Positions 21,367-31,220 of a DNA stretch of 32,000 nucleotides are shown here, piece by piece. Source of the stretch: a cyanobacterium endosymbiont of Braarudosphaera bigelowii. GTDB lineage: Bacteria; Cyanobacteriota; Cyanobacteriia; Cyanobacteriales; Microcystaceae. Within the stretch, counting starts at the first letter, position 1. Each line of letters opens with the position of its first letter. Location: NCBI RefSeq assembly GCF_020885515.1, contig NZ_AP024987.1, forward strand, positions 1,200,001 to 1,232,000. The letters run 5' to 3'. The notes beneath the pieces were generated by a model. That model saw only the letters and a program-made list of their open reading frames with translations, had not been told where the DNA came from and ran no database searches. Position numbers and translations under genes: made by a program.

Positions 21367-22845
21367 ATGAAAAGTATAGCTATCATGAATAAGAAGAAAT
21401 TACTTAATATCTTAGGGAAAAAAGATCTGTTAGAAATAAACACTAAAAATAGTCTAGTTCGGAATCTTTCTAACGAAAATTTAATTGAAACTGATTTAAT
21501 AGAATTAATATCTAATCTAGTCAATCATAATATATGGCAACTAATTAAAGAAATTACTTGGGAAGCAGAAATTAAGGCTTGGGATTTATATATTGTAGGT
21601 GGTGTAGTTAGGGATTTATTTCTTGTAAACAAAAATAAAAAGATACTAACACAAGATATTGATTTAGTAGTAGATGGAAATAATTCTCCCCTCAATATAG
21701 GTGCGGGAATAGAAATAGCACAAACTATAAAACAACGTCACCCCGAGGCTAAATTAGTTGTGCACTATGATTTCAAAACAGCATCTTTATCATGGAATGA
21801 AGATAAAAGATATGGTTCAATACAAATTGATATCGCGACATCGAGAACTGAAATATATCCTTATCCTGCTGCAAATCCAAAAGTGCAACTAGCTTCTATT
21901 AAACAAGATTTGTCTAGGAGAGACTTCACCATAAATGCTTTAGCAATAAAACTAACATCTCCTGAAAGAGGTAAGTTACTAGATTTATTTATGGGTTTAT
22001 TAGATTTAAAAAAAGCTCAGATAAAAGTATTGCATCCTAATAGTTTTATTGAAGATCCTACTAGAATTTATAGAGCAGTAAGATTTGCTATACGCCTTAA
22101 CTTTAATATAGAAGCCAATACCATACAATATATTTATGATGCGACCAAGAATGAAATTTACGATAAAATAAACTCAGAAATAAGTATTCTACCTAGTTTA
22201 ACTATACGTCTAAAAAACGAATTGAGATCTATTTTAGGTACTAATTGTTGGAGAGCCTCTTTAGAACTATTATCTTACTTTGGTGCCTTAAACTATCTAC
22301 ATCCTAAGCTTACTTTAAATAATAAAGTTTTATGGCAAATGCGTTATGCTGTGAGATTCATAAAATATGTCAATCCTCATTATAAAATAGTACAATGGCT
22401 GCTTATATTAGAAATATTACTTTCCTCGATTCCTCAAAAAGAAAGAAATTTTGTTGCTACTAACTTGCAACTTCCTTCTGAGAGCATAAAAAGATTATTA
22501 GAAATACAAAATATTAATAAAAAGATTAATCAAAGATTATCGAGCTACTGTAAAGTTAGCGATAAAGTGAAATTATTGAATAAGTTCAATAACGTAGAAT
22601 TAATATTAGTTGCAGCACAATCTAAAAAAGAAATTCGCTCTCTCATTTGGCAATATTTTACAAGGTTTTCAAAAATAAGTTCTCCTCTAAGTGGTCATGA
22701 TTTAAAAAAAATGGGGTATTTGCCAGGACCAAAGTATAAAAAAGTTCTCAGCATATTGTTAGACAAAACCCTAGACCGAGAAATTAAGACAAGAAAGGAG
22801 GCAGAAGTAATAGTTCAACAGATAATGGCAAGAAGACTCGATTAA
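21367..22845 (+). CDS. CCA tRNA nucleotidyltransferase / poly(A) polymerase family protein
   Basis: 492 aa, LYIVGGVVRDLFL, QDIDLVVDG, SRRDFTINALAIKL (read as DLSRRDFTINALAIKL), DPTRIYRAVRFAIRLNF. The start may be the internal ATG at 21385. Confidence 0.88.
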   Translation: MKSIAIMNKKKLLNILGKKDLLEINTKNSLVRNLSNENLIETDLIELISNLVNHNIWQLIKEITWEAEIKAWDLYIVGGVVRDLFLVNKNKKILTQDIDLVVDGNNSPLNIGAGIEIAQTIKQRHPEAKLVVHYDFKTASLSWNEDKRYGSIQIDIATSRTEIYPYPAANPKVQLASIKQDLSRRDFTINALAIKLTSPERGKLLDLFMGLLDLKKAQIKVLHPNSFIEDPTRIYRAVRFAIRLNFNIEANTIQYIYDATKNEIYDKINSEISILPSLTIRLKNELRSILGTNCWRASLELLSYFGALNYLHPKLTLNNKVLWQMRYAVRFIKYVNPHYKIVQWLLILEILLSSIPQKERNFVATNLQLPSESIKRLLEIQNINKKINQRLSSYCKVSDKVKLLNKFNNVELILVAAQSKKEIRSLIWQYFTRFSKISSPLSGHDLKKMGYLPGPKYKKVLSILLDKTLDREIKTRKEAEVIVQQIMARRLD

Positions 22846-23473
22846 TTAATTTTTTGCTTTTAATATTAATCAAAATAATTTTGATTATGTAATATCTTTA
22901 TTTAAATTTTAATAATAACTCTTTAGCTAATATAAAAAAATAACATTTAAATTAACTCTCATAATTAATACACTGTACTTAACAACTATAGTGCGTTCTT
23001 CTCATTTAAGATTCTTTTTTATTTTTTATAAATTATGCATTCATAGCCTAATTAAATATAATGAATATCGACTTTTATAGAGATAAAAAACTATAATCAA
23101 AACAAATATATAAAATTTCATTATAGAAAATAATTACTCAAGAATACTAAATAAAAAAAACTTGAATCATATAAAGAATGTGTATATGTTAAGTTTAAAC
23201 TTACTATCTTAATACTTGAAAAAAATCATTTTTTATTTAAAACTATAATACTATCCTAAAATATATCTTTAAATTTATGTTTGTTGCAAGTTTTTCCCTA
23301 AAATCATTTTAAATCTAAGTAACATTTATACTTGAAATTAAATATTATTTTTATAGTTATTTATATAAAATAATAATTTAGCTCGAAAAAACTTACTGAC
23401 TTTGATATTATTAATCTTGACTTTAACAAATATTATTTAATTTTGACGATACAACTATATTAAATTAACTATT

Positions 23474-23743
23474 ATGAAAAATATACAACTCATTAATATT
23501 GGGTTTGGTAATATTGTGTCTGCTAATAGAATAATCTCTATCATTAGCCCAGATTCTGCTCCCATTAAACGTATTGTTACTGAGGCAAGAGATCGCGGGC
23601 AACTGGTTGATGCTACATATGGTCGCCGTACACGTGCTGTTATTGTTACAGATTCTAGCCATATTATTTTGTCTGCTATACAACCGGAAACTATAGCTCA
23701 TCGTTTTATTTCTGGTAAGGAAAATATTATTAATAGTAACTAG
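23474..23743 (+). CDS. remA: RemA family (DUF370) protein
   Basis: 89 aa, [73 protein letters not shown]. Directly upstream of gmk. Confidence 0.88.
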   Translation: MKNIQLINIGFGNIVSANRIISIISPDSAPIKRIVTEARDRGQLVDATYGRRTRAVIVTDSSHIILSAIQPETIAHRFISGKENIINSN

Positions 23744-23763
23744 TAATTAATTTTTTTATTTTT

Positions 23764-24324
23764 ATGATATCAGGTAAACTTATTGTCTTAACTGGTCCTA
23801 GTGGCGTAGGAAAAGGAACACTAGTACGTACTCTATTAAGTCGTCATCCAAAGCTTTATCTATCAATTTCTGCAACCACTCGTTCTCCCCGTCTTGGTGA
23901 AATTAATGGTCAAGATTACTATTTCATTAACAATACAAAATTTGAAAGTATGATTCAACAAAACCAATTATTAGAATGGGCTCAATATGCTGGCAACTAT
24001 TATGGAACACCACGTATTAATGTTCAAGAAAAAATCAATAAGGGATTCATTGTTCTCTTGGAAATAGAAGTAGCTGGAGCAGAAGCAATTAAAAAAACTT
24101 TTTCTAATGCTTTGAGAATTTTTATATTACCACCTTCTCTTAAAGAGCTTGAAAGTCGCTTAAGAGGTAGAGCGACTGACTCTGAGCAGTCTATTACAAA
24201 ACGTCTCAAACTTGCGAAAGAAGAATTAGCAGTTAGTCAAAAATTCGATAAGGTAATCACTAACCATAATTTAGAGAAAACATTAAGACAATTAGAACTA
24301 ATTATTTTTTCTACACAGTCTTAG
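23764..24324 (+). CDS. gmk: Guanylate kinase
   Basis: 186 aa, LTGPSGVGKGTLVRTLL P-loop, SATTRSPRLGEINGQDYYF, EWAQYAGNYYGTPR. Confidence 0.96.
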   Translation: MISGKLIVLTGPSGVGKGTLVRTLLSRHPKLYLSISATTRSPRLGEINGQDYYFINNTKFESMIQQNQLLEWAQYAGNYYGTPRINVQEKINKGFIVLLEIEVAGAEAIKKTFSNALRIFILPPSLKELESRLRGRATDSEQSITKRLKLAKEELAVSQKFDKVITNHNLEKTLRQLELIIFSTQS

Positions 24325-24346
24325 TTATTTATTAACAACTAAGACT
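24317..24346. terminator. Short inverted repeat overlapping both 3' ends of convergent gmk and rlmN
   Basis: agtcttagtt (24317-24326) / aactaagact (24337-24346), loop 10 nt. Contains the gmk stop codon and overlaps the rlmN stop codon. No strong T-tract, so function is uncertain. Confidence 0.45.
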
Positions 24347-25370
24347 ATGTATTATGTGATGCCCTTAACTGTCCACAAGCAGCATGTGTTTCAAGTCCCC
24401 TTGAATATCTAATGCTTGCAGGAATTCCATATTTTTCGAGTTGATAAGAGAAAGTTTTAATTCTTTGAGATGAAGATCGTTGATATTTAACTTCTTCAAT
24501 AGGATTGTAAGGAATTAGGTTAACATGATTTTGAAAACCTTTAAGCAATTTAGCTAACTCTACTGCTTGCTCTAGTGAATCATTGATTTTTTCCAAAAGT
24601 ATATATTCGAATGTTAATCTTCTTTTCGTTATTTCAACATATTTTTTACAATCACTTAGTAAAGTTGATAAAGGATAAGATTTAGAAGTAGGAATTAATT
24701 GTTCTCTTAATATTTGGTTGGAAGCATGAAGACTAACAGCAAAAGTAATCTGCAGCTTATAGTTAGCAAATTCTAAAATTTTTTTAGGAATTCCAACTGT
24801 AGAAACAGTTAAGGAACGTTGTCCTATGCCTATATCTTGGTTAATTATTTTTATCGCTTTTATTACTTCTTCCATATTTAGTAAAGGTTCCCCCATACCC
24901 ATAAATACTACATGACTGACTCTTCGTTGAAAGTCTTCCTGTACAGTCAAAATTTGATCTATAATCTCTCCACAAGTTAAGTTTCTTTTAAAAGTTCCTT
25001 TTCCAGTTGCACAAAAATCACAGCTCATAGGACACCCAACCTGTGAAGAGACACAAACAGTTAAACGTTTAGGCGTTGGAATACCTACGGTTTCTATAAT
25101 TGATCCATCCTTTAAGCTTAGTAAATATTTCCGAGTTTTATCTGGGGCAACCACAAGATCATGAATAACAGAACGACCAATAGGATAGTGTTCCAGATCT
25201 TTTCTCCAGCTTTTAGGAAATACTGAGATATCTGTAAATGATCTAATACCTTTACGATATAGCCACTGATGAAGTTGTTTTCCACGGTAATTGGGTTGTC
25301 CTTGTAGTTCAACCCAATTAGTTAATTCCTCTATAGATTTGCCCAGTAATGTTTCTTCTTTTAATTGCAT
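24345..25370 (-). CDS. rlmN: Dual-specificity 23S rRNA/tRNA adenine C2-methyltransferase (radical SAM)
   Basis: 341 aa, [54 protein letters not shown]. Confidence 0.95.
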   Translation of the reverse strand: MQLKEETLLGKSIEELTNWVELQGQPNYRGKQLHQWLYRKGIRSFTDISVFPKSWRKDLEHYPIGRSVIHDLVVAPDKTRKYLLSLKDGSIIETVGIPTPKRLTVCVSSQVGCPMSCDFCATGKGTFKRNLTCGEIIDQILTVQEDFQRRVSHVVFMGMGEPLLNMEEVIKAIKIINQDIGIGQRSLTVSTVGIPKKILEFANYKLQITFAVSLHASNQILREQLIPTSKSYPLSTLLSDCKKYVEITKRRLTFEYILLEKINDSLEQAVELAKLLKGFQNHVNLIPYNPIEEVKYQRSSSQRIKTFSYQLEKYGIPASIRYSRGLETHAACGQLRASHNT

Positions 25371-25709
25371 AAAAAATTTATAAAATCAAATAACTTTATT
25401 TAGATTGAAGTAAAAAAATATATAGTTCGGAGTTACTTTAGAAACTATATCATAAGCTTTTTCGTAACATATATCACTTCAAGGTGAAAAAGATAAAAAT
25501 ATAAACTTTAATTTAGCATCAAAAGCTTACATATCATATACATAGTAAAAAATATTACTTGCTGATTATTAATATAAAAGTTATTATTGGTAGAGATTTA
25601 AATGACTTGCTTCTACTTAAAGACTTGGAAGTATATTGTGTTATGAGCTGCAACAAATTAGCAATATGATGTTGATGCTCAAAATATACTCCAGAAACTC
25701 ACCTCAGAA

Positions 25710-27302
25710 ATGGATTTTAGGATAACAATGATGAAAAAACAGCGTATTTTATACTGCCGCCTTCCTTGTAATCCAATTTTTCCTATCGGTATAGTTTATT
25801 TATCAGATCATGTACACAAGTTATTTCCCGAAACTAAGCAAAGAATTCTTGATCTAGGAACAGTACCTCCATTAGATTTCAAAAAAACTTTAAAAAAATG
25901 TATTGACGAATTTAAACCTACTTTGCTCATATTTTCATGGAGAGATATTCAGATTTATGCTCCCGTAGGAGGTAGAAGTGGTAATCCTTTACAAAACGCT
26001 TTTGAGGTATATTATTCACAGAATATTTTTACTCGGTTAAGAGGAGCTCTAGGTGGTTTAAGAGTAGTTAAAGATTATTACAGTGAGTTATGGAGAAATG
26101 TTAATCTAATAAAATTAGGTTTTAGACAAGCTCAAAAATATCATTCAGAAGTAAGATTAATAGTTGGTGGTGGTGCTGCAAGCGTATTTTATGAACAAGT
26201 ACAGTACTATCTTCCTCACGGAACTATAGTTTCAGTTGGTGAGGGTGAGGGACTGCTACAAAAACTATTAAGTAATAAAGATTTTTCCAATGAAAGATGC
26301 TATGTAATAGGAGAAGGTAAACCCCGTGAAAGGTTAATTCATGAATTTCCTGATCCTCTATATAAAACAGCTTGTAACTATGACTATATAGAAACTATTT
26401 GGGACGAGTTTAATTATTACTTCGAAGAAAGTGATTTCTATATTGGTGTACAAACTAAGCGAGGTTGTCCTCATAATTGTTGTTATTGCGTTTATACAGT
26501 TGTTGAAGGTAAACAAGTTCGAATAAATCCTGTTAATGAAGTAGTTGAAGAGATGAGTCAGCTGTATAAAAGAGGAATTCGAAACTTTTGGTTTACAGAT
26601 GCACAGTTTATCCCTGCTCGTAAATTCATTAAAGATGCAGAAGAACTGTTAGAAGCAATCATTAAATCTGGAATGACAGATATTAATTGGGCAGCATATA
26701 TCAGGGCAGATAATTTAACTCCAAGACTGTGTGATCTTATGGTTAAGACAGGAATAAGCTATTTCGAAATTGGTATCACTAGTGGCTCACAAGAGTTAGT
26801 TAGAAAAATGCGAATGGGATATAATTTGAAGACTGTTTTACAAAATTGTCGTTATTTAAAAGATGCAGGATTTAATAGTTTAGTTTCTGTTAACTATTCT
26901 TTTAATGTTATTGATGAGACATTTGATACTATCCGTCAGACAATTGCATATCATAGGAATTTAGAAGAAATTTTTGGAAAAGATAATGTTGAGCCAGCCA
27001 TCTTTTTTATTGGCCTACAACCTCATACACATCTAGAAGAATATGCATTCCAACATAAAATTTTAAAGCCTGGATATAATCCAATGAGCTTAATGCCTTG
27101 GACAGCAAGAAAGCTTTTATGGAATCCTGAACCATTAGGAAGTTTCTTTGGAGAGGTTTGTTTACAAGCATGGAAAAAGAATCCTAATGATTTTGGTAGA
27201 GAAGTAATGAATATCTTAGAATACAAATTAGGAAAATCTAAAATAGAGCAAGCGCTATCTGCACCAATAGTTTCTAAAAATAAATACTTATCTCAAGTAT
27301 GA
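25710..27302 (+). CDS. B12-binding-domain-type radical SAM protein; a cyanobacterial family I recall as annotated 'photosystem II high light acclimation radical SAM'
   Basis: 530 aa with radical SAM cluster motif CPHNCCYC (TKRGCPHNCCYCVYTVVEG) and N-terminal VRLIVGGGAASVF. Translation more likely starts at ATG 25728, which has AGGA at 25719-25722. Confidence 0.83.
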   Translation: MDFRITMMKKQRILYCRLPCNPIFPIGIVYLSDHVHKLFPETKQRILDLGTVPPLDFKKTLKKCIDEFKPTLLIFSWRDIQIYAPVGGRSGNPLQNAFEVYYSQNIFTRLRGALGGLRVVKDYYSELWRNVNLIKLGFRQAQKYHSEVRLIVGGGAASVFYEQVQYYLPHGTIVSVGEGEGLLQKLLSNKDFSNERCYVIGEGKPRERLIHEFPDPLYKTACNYDYIETIWDEFNYYFEESDFYIGVQTKRGCPHNCCYCVYTVVEGKQVRINPVNEVVEEMSQLYKRGIRNFWFTDAQFIPARKFIKDAEELLEAIIKSGMTDINWAAYIRADNLTPRLCDLMVKTGISYFEIGITSGSQELVRKMRMGYNLKTVLQNCRYLKDAGFNSLVSVNYSFNVIDETFDTIRQTIAYHRNLEEIFGKDNVEPAIFFIGLQPHTHLEEYAFQHKILKPGYNPMSLMPWTARKLLWNPEPLGSFFGEVCLQAWKKNPNDFGREVMNILEYKLGKSKIEQALSAPIVSKNKYLSQV

Positions 27303-27366
27303 ATAAAAGTAATTAGTAAATGAGATATATTGTGTCATTTACATTGTTTTTGACTTAAATTTTATT

Positions 27367-27408
27367 AGCTTACTCAATTATTTTTATTTATAGATAATTG
27401 AGTAAGCT
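27367..27408. terminator. Inverted repeat between convergent radical SAM and ABC exporter genes
   Basis: agcttactcaattat (27367-27381) / ataattgagtaagct (27394-27408), perfect 15 nt with a T-rich loop. No strong T-tract outside the stem. Confidence 0.55.
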
Positions 27409-27519
27409 GATAGTAATTGCTGTTTATAAAAGTTAGTTAATATAAATTAATTTTCGATTTGAAATAATTCTATGTTTATCAATTTTAGTAGGATTACTGT
27501 CGATAGGTAAAGTATCAAC

Positions 27520-29262
27520 CTAAAAGTTATCTAACCCTTTAGCATATTGCTGTTCATAGAACTTTGCATAATATCCCTTCTTAATTAATAATTGATTATG
27601 ATCTCCTGATTCAACTATTTGTCCATTATTTAAAACTATTATACAATCAGCATTTCTAATTGTGCTTAAACGATGAGCGATTACAAAAACTGTACGATTC
27701 TTCATAACTCTTTCTAATGCCTCTTGAACCAAAGCTTCTGATGTAGAATCTAAAGCTGATGTAGCTTCATCTAATATCATGATACGAGGATTTAACATAA
27801 CGGCTCTAGCAATTGCTATTCTCTGTTTTTGCCCTCCTGAAAGATTTACTCCTCTTTCTCCTACCCAAGTATGATAACCTTGCGGAAATTGCATAATAAA
27901 TGAATGTGCATTTGCAATTTGTGAGGCTTTTTCTATTGCCTTAAAATCTAACTGATCTTGTCCATAAGCAATATTCTGAGCAATAGTTCCTGAAAATAAA
28001 ATATTTTCTTGCGGAACAATTCCAATTTGTCGTCGTAAACTAATTATGTTTAGATCTTTAATATCTATATCGTCAATAGAAATTTTTCCTTCTTGAGGAT
28101 CATAAAAGCGTGAAATTAATTTTACTAAAGTCGTTTTACCAGCACCAGAAGAACCTACTAAAGCTATAACTTTGCCAGGTTGTACTAGTAGATCTAAATT
28201 TTTTAGAACTGGTTCATTATATTTATAGTAGAAACTAACTTGTGAAAATTCTACTTTTCCTAATACTGTTGGCAGAGTTAAAGAGTTTTTTTTCTGTTCA
28301 ACTGCTGGTTGTTGGTCCATTAACTCAAAAATGCGATCCACAGATGCTTCAGCTTGTTTAAATTCATTATAATTACTTGTAATTAGATCAATTGGCTGAA
28401 GTAATATAGCAACTGCTGCTAAATAGCTTACAAATTCTTCAGACTTCAAATTTCCTTGAGAAATTTGCCATCCTCCAATAAAAAATAAGAACATGATACT
28501 AACAGCTTCTAAGAATCCAACAATAGGATATTGAGTAGCTTTTAACTTTTCTGCTTTGTATCTTGCATTTCTATTATGCCTAGCTTCTTGTGAAAATCTT
28601 TCAACTTCATAGTCTTGTGCAGCAAATGCTTGTACTACGCTAACACCATTAAAAACTTCTGTAAGTAAAGAAGATAAATTAGAAATTCGATTTTGACTAC
28701 GGCTGGATAAAACTAATAATCTTTCTCCAAAACGACTAACCAAGACTGCCATTAAAGGTGCCAAAATTAGACTAGCAATAGTTAGTTGCCAGTTTAGATA
28801 AAGCATGTATAAAGGAATTACAATTAACTGGAGTACGTTGGAAACAAACTGATGAGATAATTTATCAACAATTTCTCCGACCTTATCTATATCTTCGGTC
28901 AACCTGTAAGTAAGATCTCCTGTCTTTACAGTTTCAAAGTAATCTAATCCTAATTGATGTAAATGTGCATAAGTTTTTCTACGTACATTTAAAACCATTT
29001 CTAGGGAAGCATTAATCATGAAAATATTTTGTCCATATTGAAAAATACCTCGTACTAAAAAAGCTAATGTCCCTAATCCCAACCAATAAGTAACTTCTTC
29101 TAGTTTTCCTTGTCCAATATGTAAGGAAACTTTTCCTGCCAGATAAGGTAATGATAAGGTTACTAAAACGAAGCCTAAAATACACATTAAACCCTTAGAT
29201 AGAGACGACCACTCTTGTAATAAATAAGGTAATAGACGTAACCAATTTGATTTTTTTTTCAT
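27520..29262 (-). CDS. ABC exporter (fused transmembrane and ATP-binding domains)
   Basis: 580 aa. Walker A GSSGAGKTTLV, signature VNLSGGQKQR, Walker B RIMILDEATSALD, H-loop FVIAHRLST, and N-terminal transmembrane helices. Confidence 0.94.
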   Translation of the reverse strand: MKKKSNWLRLLPYLLQEWSSLSKGLMCILGFVLVTLSLPYLAGKVSLHIGQGKLEEVTYWLGLGTLAFLVRGIFQYGQNIFMINASLEMVLNVRRKTYAHLHQLGLDYFETVKTGDLTYRLTEDIDKVGEIVDKLSHQFVSNVLQLIVIPLYMLYLNWQLTIASLILAPLMAVLVSRFGERLLVLSSRSQNRISNLSSLLTEVFNGVSVVQAFAAQDYEVERFSQEARHNRNARYKAEKLKATQYPIVGFLEAVSIMFLFFIGGWQISQGNLKSEEFVSYLAAVAILLQPIDLITSNYNEFKQAEASVDRIFELMDQQPAVEQKKNSLTLPTVLGKVEFSQVSFYYKYNEPVLKNLDLLVQPGKVIALVGSSGAGKTTLVKLISRFYDPQEGKISIDDIDIKDLNIISLRRQIGIVPQENILFSGTIAQNIAYGQDQLDFKAIEKASQIANAHSFIMQFPQGYHTWVGERGVNLSGGQKQRIAIARAVMLNPRIMILDEATSALDSTSEALVQEALERVMKNRTVFVIAHRLSTIRNADCIIVLNNGQIVESGDHNQLLIKKGYYAKFYEQQYAKGLDNF

Positions 29263-29334
29263 TTTAAAGAATTAGAACCATTTTTATTTTTTGTTAGTAA
29301 ATGGTGATTTTATTAACTTTCAACTTAATAGACA

Positions 29335-30543
29335 TTAATTATTATCAATACCCAAATGGCCTAACAGAGAATTTGCAATTCTTATAGAAGCTCCAGGAGA
29401 TCCAAATCTTTGTTGTCCTTTTTCTACGCAAGCCAATAGATATTCTTTATTGTTTATAGTATCCACAACACATCGGGCAGCCTCTCTTAGAGTTTCTAAA
29501 GAAGCAGGTCCTGTACCAATAGTTTGAGCACAACTACCAATTAATCTCGTTTGTGCTTCAGCAAAACTATAAGTAAACTGTGGTCCTTCTCCAGGTATTT
29601 GAATAACTGGTTTCCCAATAGCTATCCCTTGGTCTACTGCTAAACCAGCCATTCCAAGCATTAAAGTACACTCATGTAAAATATCGTTAAAAGCATCTGA
29701 GTAACATAGGATCTCTACTCTTTGTGCATTATTTTGGTGAATTAATTTATTATTATTACACTCCCATCCTTTACTGCTAGCAATTTCTTCTAACTTGCTC
29801 ATTAGTCTTGGAACCAAAGCCGCACGAAATTGAACTCTTGAAAAAGATGTAAGTTTACAAATTTCTAAGACAAAATCTAATTGTAATTTTAAGTTACGAA
29901 TTGCTTCTGGTAGTCTTGAACCTGGAAGTAAAGCAATCATAGGGATATTAGCTTGAAGATTTAAGTTTTTGCCAGTAGGCTTTAATTTATCAAGAGAAGG
30001 GATACCACCAAATTTGGCCTTACTTATATTTTGGCTCTGCAAATCTTGGGCAGTATAAGGATCTCTAGTAAATACAGTTAGACATCTGGAAGAATGTAAA
30101 AAAGTTCCTAAAAAAGGACCTATATTTAATTTCCCTTCATAAAGAGCAGATAAACAAGATATAAAAGAAATATAAGGGCGACCAGTAGAATAAGCAAAAC
30201 CTTGAGATATTGAATCTCCCGTAGCCATTATCAAATCACAGGTAGTGGAATATTCCCAAACTTTTTGCAATTGTCTCCAAGTTAAACTTAATAGTCCCGA
30301 TTGTAGATCCTTTAAAAAATGCAATCGATTAGTATAAGAAAAGCCGCCGGATGGTATATTCTGTGTTGGACCAATAATAGGAATACCTAATCGACGATAA
30401 GCATTACCTTCACCGACTATGGGCATTGCTGCTATCTCTATACTTGGGTGCATCTCTAGTAAAGTTTCAATAATATAAGATGAATGATTATCTTCTCCAT
30501 GACCATTACTGATAAATAAAATTCGTTTTGATGATGATGACAT
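29335..30543 (-). CDS. Lipid-A-disaccharide synthase-related protein
   Basis: 402 aa, RILFISNGHGEDNHSSYIIETLL, LLPGSRLPEAIRNL, GLAVDQGIAIGKPVIQIPGEGPQFTYSFAEAQTRL, typical of the cyanobacterial LpxB-related family. Confidence 0.87.
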   Translation of the reverse strand: MSSSSKRILFISNGHGEDNHSSYIIETLLEMHPSIEIAAMPIVGEGNAYRRLGIPIIGPTQNIPSGGFSYTNRLHFLKDLQSGLLSLTWRQLQKVWEYSTTCDLIMATGDSISQGFAYSTGRPYISFISCLSALYEGKLNIGPFLGTFLHSSRCLTVFTRDPYTAQDLQSQNISKAKFGGIPSLDKLKPTGKNLNLQANIPMIALLPGSRLPEAIRNLKLQLDFVLEICKLTSFSRVQFRAALVPRLMSKLEEIASSKGWECNNNKLIHQNNAQRVEILCYSDAFNDILHECTLMLGMAGLAVDQGIAIGKPVIQIPGEGPQFTYSFAEAQTRLIGSCAQTIGTGPASLETLREAARCVVDTINNKEYLLACVEKGQQRFGSPGASIRIANSLLGHLGIDNN

Positions 30544-31220
30544 AATGATTTTTTAGGCAATCTCTAATAATTATTATTTAAGCCCAAATTTTAGAATTTA
30601 TTAATTATGTTTTTAAAAGATTATCTAAATACTATTGGCTAACTACTCTTTTCTGGACTCTGAAAATTTATTTAGCCTATTGAAATTTTATAGAATAAAA
30701 ATAACATTGTCAGTTTTCTCATTAATATTTAGAAACTGAATTGATACATAATAAATAATCAATAGCTATTGTATTAGATTAATCTTCAAAATAATAATAG
30801 TTTATTCTAATTATAATTATTAGTTCATATTAAATGTGTTAATTTAATTAGTTTATACTCATATACAATCTGAGACTTAAATTTTTTAAAATATTATATG
30901 TGTTTATTCTTTATCGTTCCAAAATTATTAACAAAGATTTTTCTAAAGTAAATTTATAAATAGTGCATATTATTTTAGATAAAGAGCAAATTAAAAAAAA
31001 TTTATCTTAATTTTATACTCAAGATTATTTGTTGTTAGCCAAGTATAAACTAACTTTTAGCTTCTGAGAAAAATCAATATGAATTATTTAGTTAATCTAT
31101 ATTAAAAAGTTATACTCTGATTCGTGAATGTAATTTTCTGGTATATTATCCTAACTAAAATTCTAATAAGTTTCACTAAAGAATAAACGATATTCTTTCC
31201 ATAATCTAGACTGCCTTACA

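Noticed and set aside
20449-27226. Minus-strand ORFs 20449..20694, 21321..21524, 23465..23701, 24024..24209 and 27023..27226, and plus-strand ORF 25118..25312
   Set aside because: Each opposes a well-supported CDS, or in the case of 21321..21524 partly overlaps one, and shows no family motif.
29277-29305. 7-bp inverted repeat (accattt/aaatggt) between the ABC exporter and LpxB-related genes
   Set aside because: Short, with a long T-rich loop, and expected by chance in AT-rich sequence.
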